Below are positions 61,011 through 64,000 of a stretch of 64,000 nucleotides of DNA, piece after piece. How positions within the stretch are numbered: position 1 is the stretch's first letter; every line of letters starts with the position of its first letter. The DNA is from Macrostomum hystrix (taxonomy: Eukaryota; Animalia; Platyhelminthes): the NCBI GenBank assembly GCA_950097015.1, contig CATNEN010000041.1, positions 248,001 through 312,000 of the forward strand, read 5' to 3'. Both the position numbers and the translations under genes were made by a program. A model generated the notes under the pieces. It was not told the origin of the DNA and did no database searches. It was given only the letters and a program-made list of their open reading frames with translations.

Positions 61011-62191
61011 GCCCGCATGCACACAGACACCAGTTCTCAGATGTCCCACAGACATGCGAAAGGTTAGACGCCGAACTGTTGTCTGCAGTAAGCCTGTCTG
61101 CTGGATGAGCACAGCATTTCAATCCTATTTTAGGCAGAATATGAATTGTCAAGGACATGGCATTCGAAGGAGCAGTACATGGCTGGAGGGAATTTAATTT
61201 CTTATTAATAGCTTTTTTAGAAAATTTGGCAATCGGAACAGATTTCCTGACCGATAAATAAGCTCAGAAATATATTTTGAGTGTTAATTCTTTGGTGAGG
61301 CAATTCATCCTCTCATAGCTACTAATTCAGTAGGGTCATACGCGTACTCGTATATAAACTGGGAAAATGCAACTGCCCTTGCCGTGAGACCACGCCGCGA
61401 GAATGCCTTGTTGTTGCAAAGGGGAGGGGTTGCAGGAACCGGTTCCAGACCGGACTGGGGTGTACGCGGCGCGCGGAGGGGGAGGGGCGCCCCAAAGCCA
61501 GTCGGGGCCGGTCCGGGGCCGCTCCAACCCCTCCGAGGCGGCCTTATTTAGGCAGGCACCGCCCGCCCCTCATGGCCCCCGCCTCCCGGCCCGTTCCGAG
61601 ACAGAAAGAGAGAAAAGAGGGAGGGAGAGAGGGAGAGAGCGTGCGCACAAGGAAGAACAAGCACTAGCCCTCAGCACACCCTTTGGCCCACGAGACTCCA
61701 ATGTAAGTTGCACTTCATTTTGCCCTATTAATCAGGCATGGAAGGATGCAGATGCCATTGTAGCAAAAGCGGTCTTTGATGCATGCCACAGGAATGAATA
61801 TTGAATCACCAATCAATCTGTCGTTGCGTTTTAAATCATGCGAAACTAACTAAACTAGAATCCAGACTAGAGCGAAGTGACAATGCGCAAATCTGAAATT
61901 TTACAACTTGTGGTCTCCATTATCTAACGAGTTACGTGAGCTATTTGCAATTGTAATTCTATTTTGCACTCTTATTATTGGTCAGTTCTGCAAGCTCGCA
62001 TCACAGGAGAATCTCAGCAACTGGCTTCATTTGTAGCAGAGTGAATCTAGGAAATTTCGCGATTTGTCTGAGGTGGTTAGCCCTGGGTCCCTGTTTGAAA
62101 TCAAAAGTGCACTAACGGAGCATCAGAGAGTACTATAAGATATTGCTGACTGAAACACCGCCTTACAGACTACAGCCTTACTAGACTGACC

Positions 62192-63580
62192 ATGGCGCTG
62201 TTCCAAGATCCGGGCTCCGGGCGACCGTTGGATGGCATCAAATTCGAAATCGACAGCGACAGCGCCAGCGACGAGGACGACGATGTCCCGACGCCATGCC
62301 AGACGCCGACTGGCGAAGAGGCAGCAGCTGAACGTCGGCGAGGCCTTCTTAGCCGCATCGCCTTCCTGGAGGCCGAGGCAGAGAAGCTCATGGAGCACAG
62401 CCGCGGCTGCCTTGGCCACGCCGCCGAGATGCAGTCTCTGCTGGCCAGGCTGGACGACCAGAAGGCCGCCCTGCAGCGACTGCTCGGCACCGAGAACGCT
62501 GGTCCAGAGCTCGATCCCTGGGACGAGCCGTGCGATTTGACGGAGCACACGGCGCGCACCTACCTGCTGTGGCTGCGGCGACTTTTGCATGATCTGTCCC
62601 AGGCGGTGGACCAGTCCGCCAGCGGCAGCGCCACCGCCGCCCCATCCTCCTCCGGCGGGTCGCGGCTGAGCGGCCGGCGTCGTCGAGACGCGCCCAATCG
62701 AATTTTTCCGAACCTCGAGGCGCTTGACATCGCTGCCGTCGCGAACGACGCTGGCGACGTGTTTTACCGGCCCAGTGAGGAGGGCGACCTAAGAGACTTC
62801 GCACCGGTCGAGCCCGGCTGGGAGCCGCTGCCACGCCAGACTCTGTACTGCGTGGTCGGCGACGGCCGTCAGGTAGCCGTCGTCGCGCTCGGCGGCGAGA
62901 TTCTGGCGCGGGCGCGACTGACGGGCGGAAGCGAAGCGGACCAGGCGGCCGATAAGGACGCCGGCGTTGGACGCAACCTGGAACGCATTAACTACCTCCG
63001 CTGCTCTGGGCGCCTGCTGTTCTCGGACTACCAGAGCCTCTACATCTGCGACCGCTGCTGCCGCGTAATGCGCAGCCTTCACGGCTTCAGCTGGATGGTC
63101 GGGCACTGCATCGACGAGCCAGCTGACCGGCTGTATATTGTCGACCGCGTCAACGAGTTTGTCTCCGTGTACGGCCTGGCCAGCCTGGAAGAGCGCGGCC
63201 GCCTCGCCCACCGGGACTTTACCGACGGCATCAGCTCGGTGTGCACCCTGGCGCAGACTCTGTTCGTCTCCGACCGCGGTGCCAACGCCATCTTTGCGTT
63301 CAGTGTGGACTCACTCGAACTGGCCTTCCGGGTGCCGCTGCGCAACCCGCTGTTCGTCACTACGGACTGGTCCGCCTGCCTGTACGTGACCGTGGGCGGC
63401 AGGGACAACACCGTCCGGATCCTTGACACTCAGGGTCAGCTGCGCCGGTCACTCTCCGGCGGTCGCGGCTCGCAGCCTGGACAGTTCGGCTCGCCAGGTG
63501 GCCTCACCGTCTCCCTGGACGGCGCCGAGCTATTCGTGTGCGACCTGGACAACCGGCGCGTCCAGGTGTTTCGCCTGTGA
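62192..63580 (+). CDS. NHL-repeat (beta-propeller) protein with N-terminal coiled coil, single exon, 462 aa
   Basis: Coiled-coil LLSRIAFLEAEAEKLMEH...LLARLDDQKAALQRLL; C-terminal repeats LYIVDRVNEFVSVY, LFVSDRGANAIFAF and GSQPGQFGSPGGLTVSLDGAELFVCDLDNRRVQVF (canonical NHL). Confidence 0.88.
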   Translation: MALFQDPGSGRPLDGIKFEIDSDSASDEDDDVPTPCQTPTGEEAAAERRRGLLSRIAFLEAEAEKLMEHSRGCLGHAAEMQSLLARLDDQKAALQRLLGTENAGPELDPWDEPCDLTEHTARTYLLWLRRLLHDLSQAVDQSASGSATAAPSSSGGSRLSGRRRRDAPNRIFPNLEALDIAAVANDAGDVFYRPSEEGDLRDFAPVEPGWEPLPRQTLYCVVGDGRQVAVVALGGEILARARLTGGSEADQAADKDAGVGRNLERINYLRCSGRLLFSDYQSLYICDRCCRVMRSLHGFSWMVGHCIDEPADRLYIVDRVNEFVSVYGLASLEERGRLAHRDFTDGISSVCTLAQTLFVSDRGANAIFAFSVDSLELAFRVPLRNPLFVTTDWSACLYVTVGGRDNTVRILDTQGQLRRSLSGGRGSQPGQFGSPGGLTVSLDGAELFVCDLDNRRVQVFRL

Positions 63581-64000
63581 GCGCGCTCGTGTGCGTCAGA
63601 GTTTGTCTTCGCTGCTGACAGCGCCCATCGCCATCGTCCCGAATCTCTCCGTCACGGAGCGCGCAAGACGAAAGAAATTCACCCAGAGAGTTTCGCGAAC
63701 CTCACTGTCTTAGGACAAAATCCCATGCTGTCTGGACCTAATATTTTTTGAACATTCACATCCAGGATGCCGCCACCGAAGCTCCCCAGAGTTCCACCTC
63801 GTTAGCGAGCTCCGCGTCGTCAGGCGATCCGTCTGTTGGCGAATTTTTAATCCTTCGCTGTTTTCTAATGCACTCACTTTGCCATGCTTATGCGCGTCTA
63901 GCCCGATTTTCTACGCTATCCGCCACGGTTCGGACTCATGAGCTGCTTTTTTGAAGAGATCTCATAATGGTAACCTACGATTCACTCAGCTTTTGCAAAA

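Noticed and set aside
59636-61197. Cys/Val/His-rich ORFs (CLISPVSHLS, HTHT, VCVC)
   Set aside because: Translations of the MITE-internal 16-bp array and the CA microsatellite.
61336-61804. GC-rich ORFs upstream of the NHL gene
   Set aside because: Low-complexity Gly/Pro/Arg content with a GA run and no domain or splice support; likely repeat or promoter DNA.

Overview
Eukaryotic (animal) genomic DNA with GC-rich coding exons, short GT-AG introns and many unrelated minisatellite arrays. The style fits a free-living flatworm such as Macrostomum, but that is an inference. No rRNA, bona fide tRNA or CRISPR array was seen. Genes reconstructed by hand, in order: an SLC10-type transporter 5' exon (runs off the left edge), TRAPPC13, an ankyrin+death-fold protein, a classical calpain, a 5-unit polyubiquitin, a claudin-like 4-TM protein, a SHARPIN/HOIL-1-like LTM-UBL-NZF protein, a coiled-coil ORF, a degenerate alpha-carbonic-anhydrase-like protein, a secreted PAN+LamG-like protein, CRELD, two head-to-head ankyrin+death-fold paralogs separated by a decayed Gypsy element, a fourth ankyrin protein and an NHL-repeat protein. 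Mobile DNA includes three hAT-type MITEs with 8-bp TSDs, two tRNA-derived SINE families, LINE 3' remnants and a foldback element. The most notable signal is a three-member ankyrin+death-fold family. Two inverted members share an 813-bp ankyrin tract at ~98.6% identity with an abrupt boundary, followed by diverged but homologous tails that each keep a DSGxx(S/T) beta-TrCP-type degron. They lie in the same 64 kb as a SHARPIN-like gene and polyubiquitin. All exon structures, counts and family calls are manual readings, not database results.
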